Part shown: positions 1-12,659 of the stretch, in pieces
Position numbering within the stretch: the first letter of the stretch is position 1
Layout of the letters: the number at the start of each line of letters is the position of its first letter
NCBI RefSeq assembly: GCF_006345805.1
Contig: NC_043010.1
Coordinates: forward strand, 2,914,001-2,978,000
Direction of reading: 5' to 3'
From: Octopus sinensis
Taxonomy: Eukaryota
Length of the DNA stretch: 64,000 nucleotides
Translations under genes and position numbers: made by a program
Notes under the pieces: generated by a model
Seen by the model: only the letters and a program-made list of their open reading frames with translations
What the model was told of the DNA's origin: nothing
Database searches by the model: none

Positions 1-689
1 GTTATAATTTAATAAAGTTTGCCTCATTGTTCTTGGACTCACTGCCATTCATCAGATGGCACTTCAGACAAAAATGGAGAGAGGAAATTAATAGGGAAAG
101 GTCAGGAAATTTAGTTGAAGTCTTTGTACTGTTAGGTGATGGAATGATAGATGATGGGTGCTGGTTTAATGGCGTTGGCGGTGGTGGTGGTGGTGGTGTA
201 TGTTGAGATGATGGTGGTGATGATGGTGGTGTTAGTGTTGTTGGCAGTGGTCGAAGTAATTGTGTGAGTGTATGTGTGTGGTGGGGGTAGGGTAGGGGGT
301 TGATTGAAATGGTGGTGGCGGTGGTAAAGGTGGTGGAGGTTGTGGTTGTAAAAAGTGGTCTTGGTGTTAGTGTTGATGGGGGTAAGGTGTGCATTTAAAC
401 ATTATGGCATTGTTTGCTGGTGTTGTTTAGCCCCAGGACAGTGCTGACTAAAGAAACCTGTGAGCAACTGTTATCCAGCTATGACCATCTCTTCTTTATC
501 TGAACATTTAATCCCAAGTGCCTTTCTTCTCTTAAATTAAGATGGTTGGGTATGTTTTGAAGGTAATTTGGCTGTCATGTTTAGCAGGTCAAAGGACTGG
601 ACAGAGTCTCTCTCATTAGACCTCGAGTGTTTCATTGGTGGTAGTCTCAGTGATGAAGTTGGTGCAGGTGTTGGAATAGTGTTGTCATT

Positions 690-853
690 GAAGGTGATAG
701 TGGTAGTAGTGATGGTAGTGATGGTGGTAGTGATAATGATAGTGATGGTGTTAATGGTGGTGGTGGTGATGGTGATGCTGATGGGTTGATGGTGGTAGTG
801 GTTGTAACAGGTTGATGTTGATGGTGATGGTGGAAGTGACGATGGTGATGATA

Positions 854-901
<48 letters not shown>

Positions 902-932
902 GTGACGATGATGATGATAGAGGTGACGATGC

Positions 933-964
<32 letters not shown>

Positions 965-1080
965 GTGACGATGATGATGATGATGGAGGTGACGATGATG
1001 ATGATGATAGAGGTGACGATGCTGATGATGATGATACTGTTAATGGTGATGGTTTTGGTCATAGTAATGGTGATGATAAC
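690..1080. repeat. (GAT)n/(GGT)n trinucleotide tract with recurring GGAGGTGAC interruptions
   Basis: Directly visible; gives the poly-M/poly-I pseudo-ORFs. Confidence 0.95.
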
Positions 1081-1338
1081 TGCAAATTTAAAAGTGATGA
1101 TGGGTGTTAATAGTGAGGATAGTAGTGTAGGTTATTGCTGAAGATTAACCCAAGTCATCCTAGAGTTGTGATCAAAAACATTCCAACAGTAAATATCAAA
1201 CCAGTTTTTGTTCAGCTTGCTTTGAAGCTATTCAATTTTGAGTTTAGTCCCATTGCATGGTGCTTTGGGCAAGTCTCTTATACTTTGGTACATATACATA
1301 TATATACTATTTACCTAAGCTGTAAAAAGTCTTCATAA

Positions 1339-1378
1339 ACTGTTACTCAGATTTTCACATGACTATTCTTCAGACAGT
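1339..1378 (-). ncRNA. Degenerate type I hammerhead ribozyme motif
   Basis: Minus strand ACTGT-CTGAAGA-atagtcatgt-GAAA-atctga-GTA-ACAGT: 5-bp stem I and both core boxes present, but GAAAA instead of GAAAC; resembles the 10007-10044 motif. Confidence 0.55.
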
Positions 1379-1380
1379 TG

Positions 1381-1417
<37 letters not shown>

Positions 1418-1445
1418 TACTAAGCAATAAGGATATCCAGAAGTA

Positions 1446-1533
1446 ATGCAGTATGATCGTTTCAAGCAACTCCATTTAATTGAACAATGCAATCATTACA
1501 TCAATTTAAATGCAGAGCAATCCTCAGTTGCAC
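1446..1533 (-). ncRNA. Degenerate hammerhead motif with long stem II
   Basis: Minus strand gtgcaa-CTGAGGA-ttgctc..(hairpin)..GAAAC-gatc-ATA-ctgcat; homologous copy at 54989-55075. Confidence 0.45.
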
Positions 1534-2402
1534 AAAAACATAGAATTTAATTAAATTAAAACAGATGGACACATTAGTATAATTTTACCTAATATCTCCA
1601 AGAAGGTAAGGAGAAAGACAAGGAGCATGCTGTCTTCACTTCAGCTTAGAAGCTACTAAGGTATGAGGAAGAAAGACTTGTTGCAGATTTTGCTTACCAC
1701 TATTTTATGGGGTCAGTTTTAATTTATAGACTAGTTTATCAAATCTTTGTATATCTAAGGCCAAAAGAACAAGGAGTAGTGCTTGCTAGGAAGGGGGCTG
1801 AGGGAGTCGACAGAAATCATAGTGGGTATAATCGTAAAAAACTATCAAGATTTATTGATGGTGATGGTTGTGGTGTTGGTCATGAGAGTGATGATGATGA
1901 TGGTGGTGGTGATAGTTTGAGATATATATTTTGACTACAGACAGCAGTGATAGTGTTTGTGGTGGTGGTTGATATTGTGGTTATTGCTTAGTTGTTGCAG
2001 TGGTAGTGGCGGTGGCAGCAGTCATTGCTTGGTGGTGTTGGTCTTGATTTGGTGATGCAAGTTGTGTTGGTGGTGGCAGAAGTGATAAAACTCAGATAAG
2101 GAGAAAAAAAACGGGCAAAAATTAAAACAAACAAAAAAGCAACCAAAAAAAGAAGAAAAAAATGAGAAGCAAAGAAGAAATGTTTCTAATATACTAAGTC
2201 TTCACAATGAAAGAAAAAATGTCTGTCTGATGGAAAGTTTGTTTTTTAATAGCAGACATGATTAGTATTTAAGTACAAATTTTCTGACTAAACAATAATA
2301 AAATCATCATTGTTTTCTAAGTGAATAAAGTTAGTGTTTTTAAATGACTATTGACTTATGTATCAATGCAGGAATCACTGTTCTTGTTTCTTATTTCTGT
2401 AT

Positions 2403-2435
2403 TGTGTGTGTGTGTGTGTTTGTGTATATATGTGC

Positions 2436-2514
<79 letters not shown>

Positions 2515-2531
2515 TTGTATATATATGTATG

Positions 2532-2579
<48 letters not shown>

Positions 2580-2745
2580 TGTGTATGTATATATACAAGC
2601 CTGTAGGTTTGTGTATATGTGTATGTGTGTGTAGATAGACAGACAGACAAATTGACAGACAGACCGACAGACCGACAGACAGACAGACAGATAGATAGAT
2701 AGATAGACAGATAGATAGACAGATAGATAGATAGATAGATAGATA
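2403..2745. repeat. Compound microsatellite (TG)n/(TA)n/(GACA)n/(GATA)n
   Basis: Directly visible. Confidence 0.95.
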
Positions 2746-3419
2746 TGTATAGTTTTCTTGGAGATTGCTAAAGCAAGCATGGTAGAGATTATTCCAAAAA
2801 TTGTGCTCAAATACAGAGAACTAAATTTCTAACTACTTCATCCAGAGTAGGTGCTTTTGATTTAGAAAGTTAGCTATAAGAACGATCCTTGTCAAGTGAG
2901 TATGGAAGTAAAAAGGCAGATAAACACAAGGAGGCCAATTGAAGATATTTACATAGATTATGAAATACAGAGTATAGAATAGAGAATGCAGAACAAACAA
3001 AAGGAGTTATGTAATAGTATTATCTTGACAGCTGTTTCAGGTGAACCATGGCTTATGCCATTACCATTGTCATTAAATAATAAAGACCTAAAGTGTCGTT
3101 ACTCTAATCAGAAGAATGTCGCTAGGTATGGCTACAGCTTGAAAGTAGAGAACACATTACATAGATAAAGTATATATTTTATTGATGGTACTGAAGCTTC
3201 AATTCCTAACAGTGAGTGACCAATGAGGATTCTTGACAATAGCTTCATTTCTGTAGTAATGAGTTTTAGAACAGTCTGAAAAAAAGTTCAAGGAGCAACC
3301 ACAAGTGTTGGCAACAAAGTTCATTTCCAACAGAGTGAAGGACAGAATTGTATGGTGCTTGTGTTAGAGATGTGAGGCTGCATGATAGTGAGACATGGGT
3401 CTTGAATACAGAAGAGTAG

Positions 3420-3725
3420 AGACGACTGGGAATAAGTTTCCTTTGATTTGCTTGCTGTCACAACTTCCACTATCTCTCCCAAACCTCAGCAAGTTGTGCA
3501 TTTCCTCTGTACTCACTAGTGAGTAACTACCAATCTACATACTTATCTAACACCTTCTTATGTAAACTGCGAATATATTTTCTAGATGGTCAAGGGATTT
3601 TTGCATTAACACTATCATTTATAAAACTTTAGCTTTATTCATTCCTATTGACTGTTAAGACTTCTGATTCTAGACCATTCTTCCGAGTTTATGAGATTTT
3701 ATGCAACAGTTCAACAAGTCCTGAA
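3420..3725 (-). mobile_element. Highly decayed LINE fragment, possibly RTE clade
   Basis: Minus translation RKNGLESEVLTVN... resembles the RTE post-RT 'GLE..GL.VN..KTK' region; many stops. Confidence 0.3.
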
Positions 3726-3917
3726 ACCACTGCAGAATATAAAAGATTCACAAAGACATCTAGTTATGTTATATTGCTTTAAATATTGTGTAATTGTTCC
3801 CAAACAAATCCTTTGTTGTTGGTTGATATATATATCATGAGGAAGATATTGTATGGTGGGGAAGACACACACCGATACATAAGCACAAATCACACACATA
3901 CATGTATGCAACCACTT

Positions 3918-4063
3918 ATGTATGTATGTATATATGCATGTATGTGTGTATGTATGTATGTATGTATGTATGTATGCATTATGTATGTATGTATGTATGT
4001 TTCTATGTATGTATGTATGTATGTATGTATGTATATATGTTTGTAAGTATGTATGTATGTATG

Positions 4064-4097
<34 letters not shown>

Positions 4098-4143
4098 TGT
4101 TTGTATGTATGTATGTATGTTTGTAAGTATGTATGTATGTATG

Positions 4144-4177
<34 letters not shown>

Positions 4178-4347
4178 TGTATGTTTGTATGTATGTGTAT
4201 GTATGTATGTATGTATGTATGTATGTATGTATATATGCATGTATGTATGTATGTATGTATGTATCTATGTATGTATGTATGTATGTATGTTTGTATGTAT
4301 GTGTATGTATGTATGTATGTATGTATGTATGTATATATGCATGTATG

Positions 4348-4381
<34 letters not shown>

Positions 4382-4435
4382 TGTATGTATGTATGTTTCT
4401 ATGTATGTATGTGTGCATGTATGTATGTATGTATG

Positions 4436-4469
<34 letters not shown>

Positions 4470-4545
4470 TGTATGTATGTATGTATGTATGTATGTGTGT
4501 GTGTATGTATGTATGTATGTATGTATGTATGTATGTATGTATGTA
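3918..4545. repeat. ~630 bp (TATG)n tetranucleotide array
   Basis: Directly visible. Confidence 0.97.
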
Positions 4546-4694
4546 TAATATGTATATATGTATTAAGTGTGTATATATTATATTGCCTTCAACTTATTAA
4601 CTATGACACTAAATATATGTTGGTATATCATTGCATGCACATGCATATATCTATTTTATAGATATTCATTTTGAATAATTCATGAGCATTTTGC

Positions 4695-4726
<32 letters not shown>

Positions 4727-4749
4727 CTGTTGTTACTGTTGTTATCCAA

Positions 4750-4955
4750 ACTTGCAGAATCATTAAAACACTGGGCAAAATGTTAGTGACATTTCATCCA
4801 TCTTTACATTCTGAGTTCTGCCAAGGTTGACTTTACTTTCCATCCTTTTGGAATTGATAAATAAATAAAATACGTACCAGTCAAGTGCTGGGCTTAATGT
4901 AATCAACTTATCCCTCTCTTCAAAAACTTCTGGACCTGTGCCAAAATTTGAAACC
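4750..4955 (+). mobile_element. Decayed SINE, family B (tRNA-like head + Meta-like domain)
   Basis: gcagaatcattaaaacactgggcaaaatg..ttctgagtt..ctttccatccttttgg..gtaccag, matching the copy at 40961-41189. Confidence 0.75.
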
Positions 4956-5444
4956 TTAATTTATTAAGGTCACTATTATTATATACACATATAATTATAT
5001 ATATTGTTATATATATAATTATTATTATTATATATATATAATTATATATTATTATTATATATACACATACACACATATGTATAGTTGAAATTTACAGGAA
5101 AATAAAAGACAAAGACAGGTGTATTAGTTTGATGCTTTGGAAACAGAAAGGAATAAGAGAAAATAAAAAACTTGTGGATTTAGTGGTCAAGTATGATGAC
5201 TGGTTATAAAAAGAGGTTTGACAGGGAGGATAATAATGTGGGGTAGGGGTGGGGTGATATCAAGGAAGAGAGAAGGTGGGTAAGAGTGAAGAGAGGAGGT
5301 AGGTGTCAGATGAAGAGAGGAGAGGAAAGGTGGGTAGGAGTGAAGAGAGTAAGTAGGTGTCAGATGAAAAGAGGAGGGGAGTTAAGCCCATGTAGCACAA
5401 AGGAGTGAAGAGAGAAGATTAATTCCTACATATAAAAAGCTCCC

Positions 5445-5572
5445 ATTACACTCTTGGAGTGGTTGGCATTAGGAAGCACATCCAGCTGTAGAAACATTGT
5501 CATATCAGACTGGCTTGTTAGACTTCAATCAAACCGTCCAACCCATGCCAGCATGGAAAGTGGACATTAAAC

Positions 5573-5605
<33 letters not shown>
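5445..5605 (+). mobile_element. Retroposon 3' tail, family D, ending in (GAT)n
   Basis: ggttggcattaggaag..ccaacccatgccagcatggaaagtggacattaaacgatgatg; related copies at ~6380-6470(+), 37545-37690(-), 54430-54545(-), 55885-55970(-), 60180-60290(+). Confidence 0.7.
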
Positions 5606-6993
5606 ATGTGTGTATGTATATAACAGTGCATTTGTGTGTCTGCTTGCATGTGCATAAGTGTACATCCATTGACATTCCACATCTTTGCTTATAGATATCT
5701 GAGAAAAATGATGCTATTATGTTTACATTTATTGTTGATGTTATGACTGGTCACAATATACTTTTGGTGACCAGGAGGGAAAAAAAATCTCTTTTTAAAA
5801 GAAAACAGGCGAGAGCTCATAAAACAAAGTATGACTGTTGCAGACTATGAGTAAAATAGCTGTAAGACACTTTTAGAGCATTGTTAATGTGCTACAAAAG
5901 TATAAGGAAGCCAGATAAAAGAGAAGTGCTTACTGAAGGTGGTGATTTCAAATGACCTCACATTTTGTTATGAAATCCTTGGTCTGTATCAAGATATAGA
6001 GTTTCTTTGATTGACAATATCTGCAGTTGTTTGAACCAATGAGTGTGGAAAGGCTTTATTGACAATGCCCCAAGTTATTGTTTTAGCATTCATGGTCTTG
6101 GTTTTTAAGCTACCAAATAAAATAGAACATGATGTGGAGTTTACCCTTTTCATGGATCTGATGAAGGATAAATGCAGCAAACTCTTTGCTTTGAGGTGAT
6201 TAGTGGAAAGCCCACATATTTCATCTAGATGTCTTTTGAAGTTGAGAACGCCAACACATTTTATTTCTAAAGTAATATATTTGTGTGTATAAAAGTGCGT
6301 GCGCGTGTGTATGTTTATGTAAGTGGCTGTGTGTGCACATAACTAATTGAATAATATGCCAAAACAGTCACAGAAGTCCGGTGCAGGCATCGGCCTGGCT
6401 GACCCTTGTGATACCATCCCACCCATATAAGCATGGAACACGTATGTTAAATGATGATGATGATCATGATGTATGTTATACATACATACATATATATATA
6501 TTTATGTTCATGAATTTACTATGTATAATAGATGTAATAAACATACATATGATGTTTATGTAACATATGTGTAACTATAATGTAAGGAAATGTGTATTGC
6601 ATCATATATACATGATATACATCTCAATGTAAAGCTATATGTATTTATATATGCACACACACACACATATGCCTACACATACAGATAAGTACATATATAT
6701 AACACACCTGTATGCATACATGATATATATATATATACTCATATTCACATACTCACACACACACATATATATTCATATATATTTCTTACAAGTGATTAAA
6801 TTGTCAAAACATCACATGGTATATAAAAAATTAACATGTTCAGGAAATATAGTACAGACAAGGTTTTGATAATTTGGTGAATGAGATATAAAAAAATATT
6901 GAATGAATTAAAAGAAATATTATGAAAAAGAAATAACAGAAATGAATTAAAACATATTAGAAGCTGTCATATAAGGTGTGAATACATACATAC

Positions 6994-7045
<52 letters not shown>

Positions 7046-8009
7046 GTATGTATGTATATATGTATATATGTATGTAAGTATGTAAGTATGTATGTATGTA
7101 TGTATGTGTGTATGTATGTAGGTATGTATGTATGTGTATATATATATCTATGTGTGTGAGCATGCGTGTGTATCTGTGTGTGTATCATGCATACATACAT
7201 GTGTTATATATATATGTATGTACCTGTGTGTGCAGGTATAGATATAGCTTTACATTGAAATGTTTATCATATATATATATATGCATGTGTATGTTTATAT
7301 ATATGTATGTATGTGTATGTTTATATATATATATGTGTGCGTGTATGTGTATTATATATCTATATATCCACATATATGTATACCTGTAGCTGATTGATAG
7401 ACAACTAGGTAGACAAGCAAATAGATAGATATATATTCATATACATGAAGGTGTAATACATTTTTACACCCCTTACACACATGCACAGACACTCTCACAT
7501 ACATTCTTGCATACAGACACACAAATATGTGTGCATGCAAGAATATGAATGTGTGTATGTTTGTGTATATTTTTGTATGTGTAATTATAAAAAGCCCTTA
7601 CTTAAAAAGATAAGTGTATTTCTGTATTTTGTTTCTTGGTTTAGTAGATATGTGTGCTTGTATGTGTGTGTGCATTTGTATGTTTACGTATACAAGTCAA
7701 TAATTTTGGTTTTATAAATCTGTTTCCCAATATCTGTCTTATTTATTGTCCTTTTTTTGTTGAGCTATCAACAAATACACAAACACAAATATATGGACCT
7801 CTATATGTATTAACAGATAACGTATTTTTGCTATTTTTGTTGTGTATATACATACATATATATATATATATATATGTTTGTGGTGTGTGTAGTATGTGTT
7901 TGTATGTATTTAAATATTTAAGAAAAATGTTTTGATACACTCACAATATTTGAAAAAGAGTTTTTAAATTAAAAATTTGTTAATTATATAAAACATTCTT
8001 TATGAATGG

Positions 8010-9235
8010 TGCTAGGAAACAACTAGTTCTTTGATAATCAGTATTACATTATCACATATCAGGGATGGGTAAGGGTGCAACAGTTGCACTCTCTTTTGGA
8101 ACACTAGTGGCAGGATTCTTATAAAAATAAAAATGTATGTCCTATCAGGGATTATTTCTGATTTGCATTTCCAACCCCATTTAATTCGAGATCCTTGGAT
8201 GACTGCTTCATATTTTTGAATGGAAATAAGGAAGATCTCACAGGATTCCATGGATTAATCAATAACTTTCTTGAATCGATCCAATTAAGAATGAAAATGA
8301 ATGAAAGGAACTTCCATTTCCAAACATTTTGGTAATTAATTAAAGAGTAGCTGTTATTACTCATTTCTACTGCAAAGACATGGCCACAGACTAATACTTA
8401 GTTTCCAGATCTTGCTATCTTTCCCAAACTAAAACTAAAGAATTCCATTTAATGTAACAAGACAAGTATGTACAACAGTTACTGACTTAACTAGAGAAGA
8501 GAACAAACTGGAAGATCTAAAAATATTATCCAAAGTCAAAGGCATGTTAAAAAATTATGATAATACCAAGCTAAGTCAAAGCAAATTTCAGTCCCTGTTT
8601 TACTGAAAAGTTCTCCTATTGAAGAGGAAGGCAGACACAAGTGGAAAGATTCCATTTGTAGTAATTTGCAATTCGAGAAACAACTTCTGACATTCAGTCA
8701 AACAATACCTGATTCTACACCAATTTTCGAATCTCATGAAAACCATCAAAGAATTTCAAATTATTAACAATCAAAGACTCCCAACAGATTTTCAGAGACT
8801 CTTGGCAAAGTTGAAATGCACATCATAAGAAGTAATACAGGTAATAAAATGTGAAGACTTTTGTTGCAGGATGCGGGATTAGATTGAACAGTGTAAAGTC
8901 AAGGTCAAGATTGGGAAAGAATTTAACATTTCTGCAAATATGAATAACAAAACAAAAAAATTCTCTTTTACAGCATTATATGACTACAATGCAATGAGAA
9001 CTATATTAACAAAATTTATCAACTGAATCAGAGTACATAAACAGCAAATCAAAGCTCCACCTGTCAGAACTAATATATTGTGAACATTGAAACAACTGTG
9101 TAAATAGGAAATTCAGAACATTGCTTTCCTTCAAAAAACTGAAAACAGTAATTACTAAATAGATAACAAAATTGAAAACTTTGCCGTAGATCACGTGTGT
9201 TTGAAGAAGAATAGCAAAGAAACTTCCTTCTAACA
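8010..9235 (+). mobile_element. Decayed Penelope-like element (RT + GIY-YIG endonuclease remnant)
   Basis: Across frameshifts: FDNQYY.., RSLDDCFIFLNGNKEDLTGFHGLINNFLESIQ (RT catalytic DD motif), IPFNVTRQVCTTV..KLEDLK (thumb), VIKCEDFCC, LQCNENYI and IRVHKQQIK (GIY-YIG region). Confidence 0.75.
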
Positions 9236-9909
9236 TGTCTGTGTTAATCTGCTTTTACTAAGTAATTTTTTCATAATTTTAATTAAAACAAATCTTTTTG
9301 CAAATACATGTAAGTGCACACTTCCATCTACTTCCTGCCACACATATATATATTATATATATATATATATGTTATGCTAACAGAATATATATCAAAGTTT
9401 TAAGTCTACATTCCATGTAATGACAGATTTGAACACCTTGTCTGCAAATGAGTTCTCATAACAGAAGGAAAAAAAAAAATTCACCAGGAATTAGTTTCAT
9501 TAGTGACTAAGTAACGGATGCAAGCCCCCGTTTCCGTTACCTTTGGTTCACTCAAGCCTGTTAAATGAATTTGGGTAGACAAAAACTGTGCAAAAATCTG
9601 TTGAGTGAACAGTAGCAGTGATTTAAGTGAACTTTCAGAATTCTGTGTAAAGTATGTGTGTCCATGGAATACACAGCCATTTCACATGCTAAGTCAATAG
9701 GTAGGTCATTTGCTTGATCAAACAGCTAGATATTCATGCATTAGAATCTTTTACTTATTGTTTTTTTACACCTCTACGTCATTTCCTCTCCACTGTCATA
9801 TGCTTTACTTCCATATATGGATGTGCAGACTCCATCACTCCTTTTACTTGTAACTCACCTGCAAACCCAAATAAAAACAATCAATCTCTACTATATATAT
9901 ATATATATA

Positions 9910-10150
9910 TATACTTTATTTTAAGCAGCAGAAAATCAACAAAATCTGTTACTCTGAGTTTCTCGTTGCCGTTCATCAGACAGTTTTTGCTAGATTCTAG
10001 CAAAAACTGTCTGATGAACGGCAACGAGAAACTCAGAGTAACAGATTTTGTTGAATTTTCTGCTGCTTAAAATAAAGCATATTACTCTACCACTGGTATT
10101 TGAGTACTCTTTTTTCCACCTTGTTTCACATTTATGTGTTTACTCCGGTA
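9910..10150. mobile_element. Fold-back element 1 (~85-bp arms, centre 9995) plus unpaired 3' tail, flanked by (TA)n; probable Penelope-derived inverted pLTR
   Basis: 9910-9994 is a near-perfect reverse complement of 9996-10082. Confidence 0.85.
10007..10044 (+). ncRNA. Minimal type I hammerhead ribozyme (mirror copy 9946-9983 on minus strand)
   Basis: CTGT-CTGATGA-a-CG(GCAA)CG-a-GAAAC-tcaga-GTA-ACAG; stem I CTGT/ACAG, near-palindromic stem III ACTCAGAGT, predicted cleavage after 10040. Confidence 0.8.
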
Positions 10151-10165
10151 TATATATATATTATA

Positions 10166-10570
10166 TATAAAATATTATTCGAGACAAAACACTATTTTGC
10201 AAAACAAACAAGGAAGACTTAATCAATACATAAAATTTTAATAAATAGTCCAAAAAACCGCCACTACAATCGTTTCTTGTCTTGATCGACAATCTTCAGG
10301 TGGACTTCCAATAATTCAGTGTCAAATTTGACACTGAATTATTGGAAGTCCACCTGAGATTGTCGATCAAGACAAGAACGATTGTAGTGGCGGTTTTTTG
10401 GACTATTTATTAAAATTTTATGTATTGATTAAGTCTTTCCTTGTTTGTTTTGCAAAATAGTGGTTTTGTCTCGAATAATATTTTATAATATTTTACTATA
10501 AAATCGATTTAATCCTAAATCTGATTTTTTCCCTGTAAATTTGGATTTATTCCCTAATATTTATTATTAT
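10166..10570. mobile_element. Fold-back element 2 (~160-bp arms, centre 10326/10327) plus unpaired 3' tail, flanked by (TA)n
   Basis: 10166-10326 is the reverse complement of 10327-10487 apart from a few 1-nt indels. Confidence 0.85.
10261..10303 (-). ncRNA. Type I hammerhead ribozyme (mirror copy 10350-10390 has two 1-nt core deletions)
   Basis: Minus strand CCAC-CTGAAGA-TTGTC(gatcaa)GACAA-GAAAC-gatt-GTA-GTGG: all core nucleotides, 4-bp stem I, 5-bp stem II. Confidence 0.88.
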
Positions 10571-10733
10571 ATATATATATACATACATGTGTGTGTTTAG
10601 TGTTGACTATCAAGAAAAAGAGTACTTGATACCATAGTAGAGATTGATATATATATATATGTATATCTATATGTGTGTGTGTGTGTATGTGTGTGTATGT
10701 AAATATAATATGTGACAATTATTCAGTAGCCAT

Positions 10734-10794
10734 GATAAAACTCCACGTTTTGGATGTCGGGGCGGAACCACACGCCGCCATCTCTTCAGTTATC
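10734..10794 (-). ncRNA. Degenerate hammerhead motif with GC-rich extended stem II
   Basis: Minus strand GATAA-CTGAAGA-gatg.gcgg..ccgc..catc-cAAAAC-gtgga-GTT-TTATC; the G of GAAA is replaced by A at a putative CpG. Confidence 0.55.
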
Positions 10795-11271
10795 CGGCCA
10801 TCGAAAAAATGCTATGAAAATGACCATTAAACAAAGGGAAATTACTGTATGATTGACCGTTATTAAGACAAAAGAGCTATCAGAATGACCGCTAAGTGGG
10901 GGGAGGGAGTGAAAATGGTCATAGTATTCGCATAAGCACGCATGTCCATACATACACATACGTGCCCGTGCACCCACATACGTGCACCTATAAGTGTATA
11001 CTCATCCACTGTGTTTTACTCTTATTGCATATTTTTTAATACATATTTTGCCTCTAGCCCTGTTTTTTCTTGTGCATGTGTGTATATAGACGTGTGTATG
11101 AACCATTTTTGTGCGCGCATGTGTGTGTGTGTGTGTGAGCATGTATGTAAGTATGTATATATTTTTTGGCGAATGTGTGGGTGAGCATGTGTGTATTTCA
11201 AGTGAGGGTGGATGACTATGCACTTATATATATATATATGTGTGTGTGTATATATGTATGTATATATAATG

Positions 11272-11307
<36 letters not shown>

Positions 11308-11788
11308 TATACATATATACACACATATATATATATATACACACACATATTCATATATATATATATATATATGCATATTTATACAAAGTTGAACAGTACA
11401 CTCAGATCCCATTATTGACCAGTCTCTTTTTATGCTTCTCTTCCTTGTCTTCTATCATCTCTGCAGCACAAGAGTTCTAGAGATCTCCTCCCTATGTTGT
11501 CATCAAAGACATTTCTTCTTAATATACATAACTAACTGGGTGAAATATATGTTCAAATTTGTGCAGTTTTCTGTGTCATTGCTTCTATAAATGATATGCA
11601 TTGAATGGAGAGGAATGAGATATGCATGTTGGATTGGATGGACAAAGAATACATACCAGAAAGGTCATACATATATGTGTCGAGCTAAAGGTGAAAGCAT
11701 TGCCCAATTTAAGTAGAAACTGAAGAGCTAATTATTTTGGCATATGGAATATCTATATCTATATCTATCATTCTCTCATTCTCTGTCA

Positions 11789-11828
<40 letters not shown>

Positions 11829-11953
11829 GATATATATATTATATTATATATATATTATTCACATATAAATACATACATACAGATTTAACATAAATTTAAA
11901 AATACAACTTACATTCATATATGCATACATATGTATATATGTATATATGTATA

Positions 11954-12013
<60 letters not shown>

Positions 12014-12032
12014 TTCATTCATTCATTCATAT

Positions 12033-12235
12033 AAGGTAGGGAGCTGGCAGAGTTGTCAGCATACTGGACAAATGCTTAGTGTTATTTTGACAGTCTTTAC
12101 ATTTCCAGTTCAAATTTCACCCGGTCCCACATTGCGTCTCATTCTTTCAGAGTCAATAAAATAAATACCAGTTGAGCAGTGCAGCTGATGCAATCAAGCC
12201 CCTCCCCACAAATATTTGTGTCTATTGTAAAAAGA
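12033..12235 (+). mobile_element. SINE family B, decayed
   Basis: gagctggcagagttgtcagcatactggacaaatgcttag..gttcaaattt..aaataccagttgagca. Confidence 0.75.
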
Positions 12236-12659
12236 ATTTTATATGTCATTACTTTTTCAGTTGGCAGAAATTACAAAGGGACTCAAAGGGACTCAAATTT
12301 TAGAGCAGTAGTAATTAGATATAGCACTATTTCATTATTTATATTTGTATGTGTATTATAAAAAAATCATACTTAAATGCTAACAAACACTAACTAAAGA
12401 ATCAAGAGTGGTTAGTTTAATAAGGCTGTTTGTCATAGCCAACCACTGTTTCTGCAAATTAAAAAGCCACCTTTGACCCATACAATGCTGTATTAACAGT
12501 GTTATAGGTTCTCAGGCAAAGCAATTTATGGGAAATTAAAAGCTCTTACACAAAAATTTCCTTCCATTATGTCTGTGTTAATCTGTTTTTATGTTTTTAT
12601 TAAGGAGGGTTTTCATAATCAATAATTTTAATCAAAACTTCTCCAACTAGATTGAGTAT

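Noticed and set aside
2755-3170. Protein-like stretch (ORF 2986-3168)
   Set aside because: Upstream stops and no recognisable motif; possibly an old TE, but unassignable
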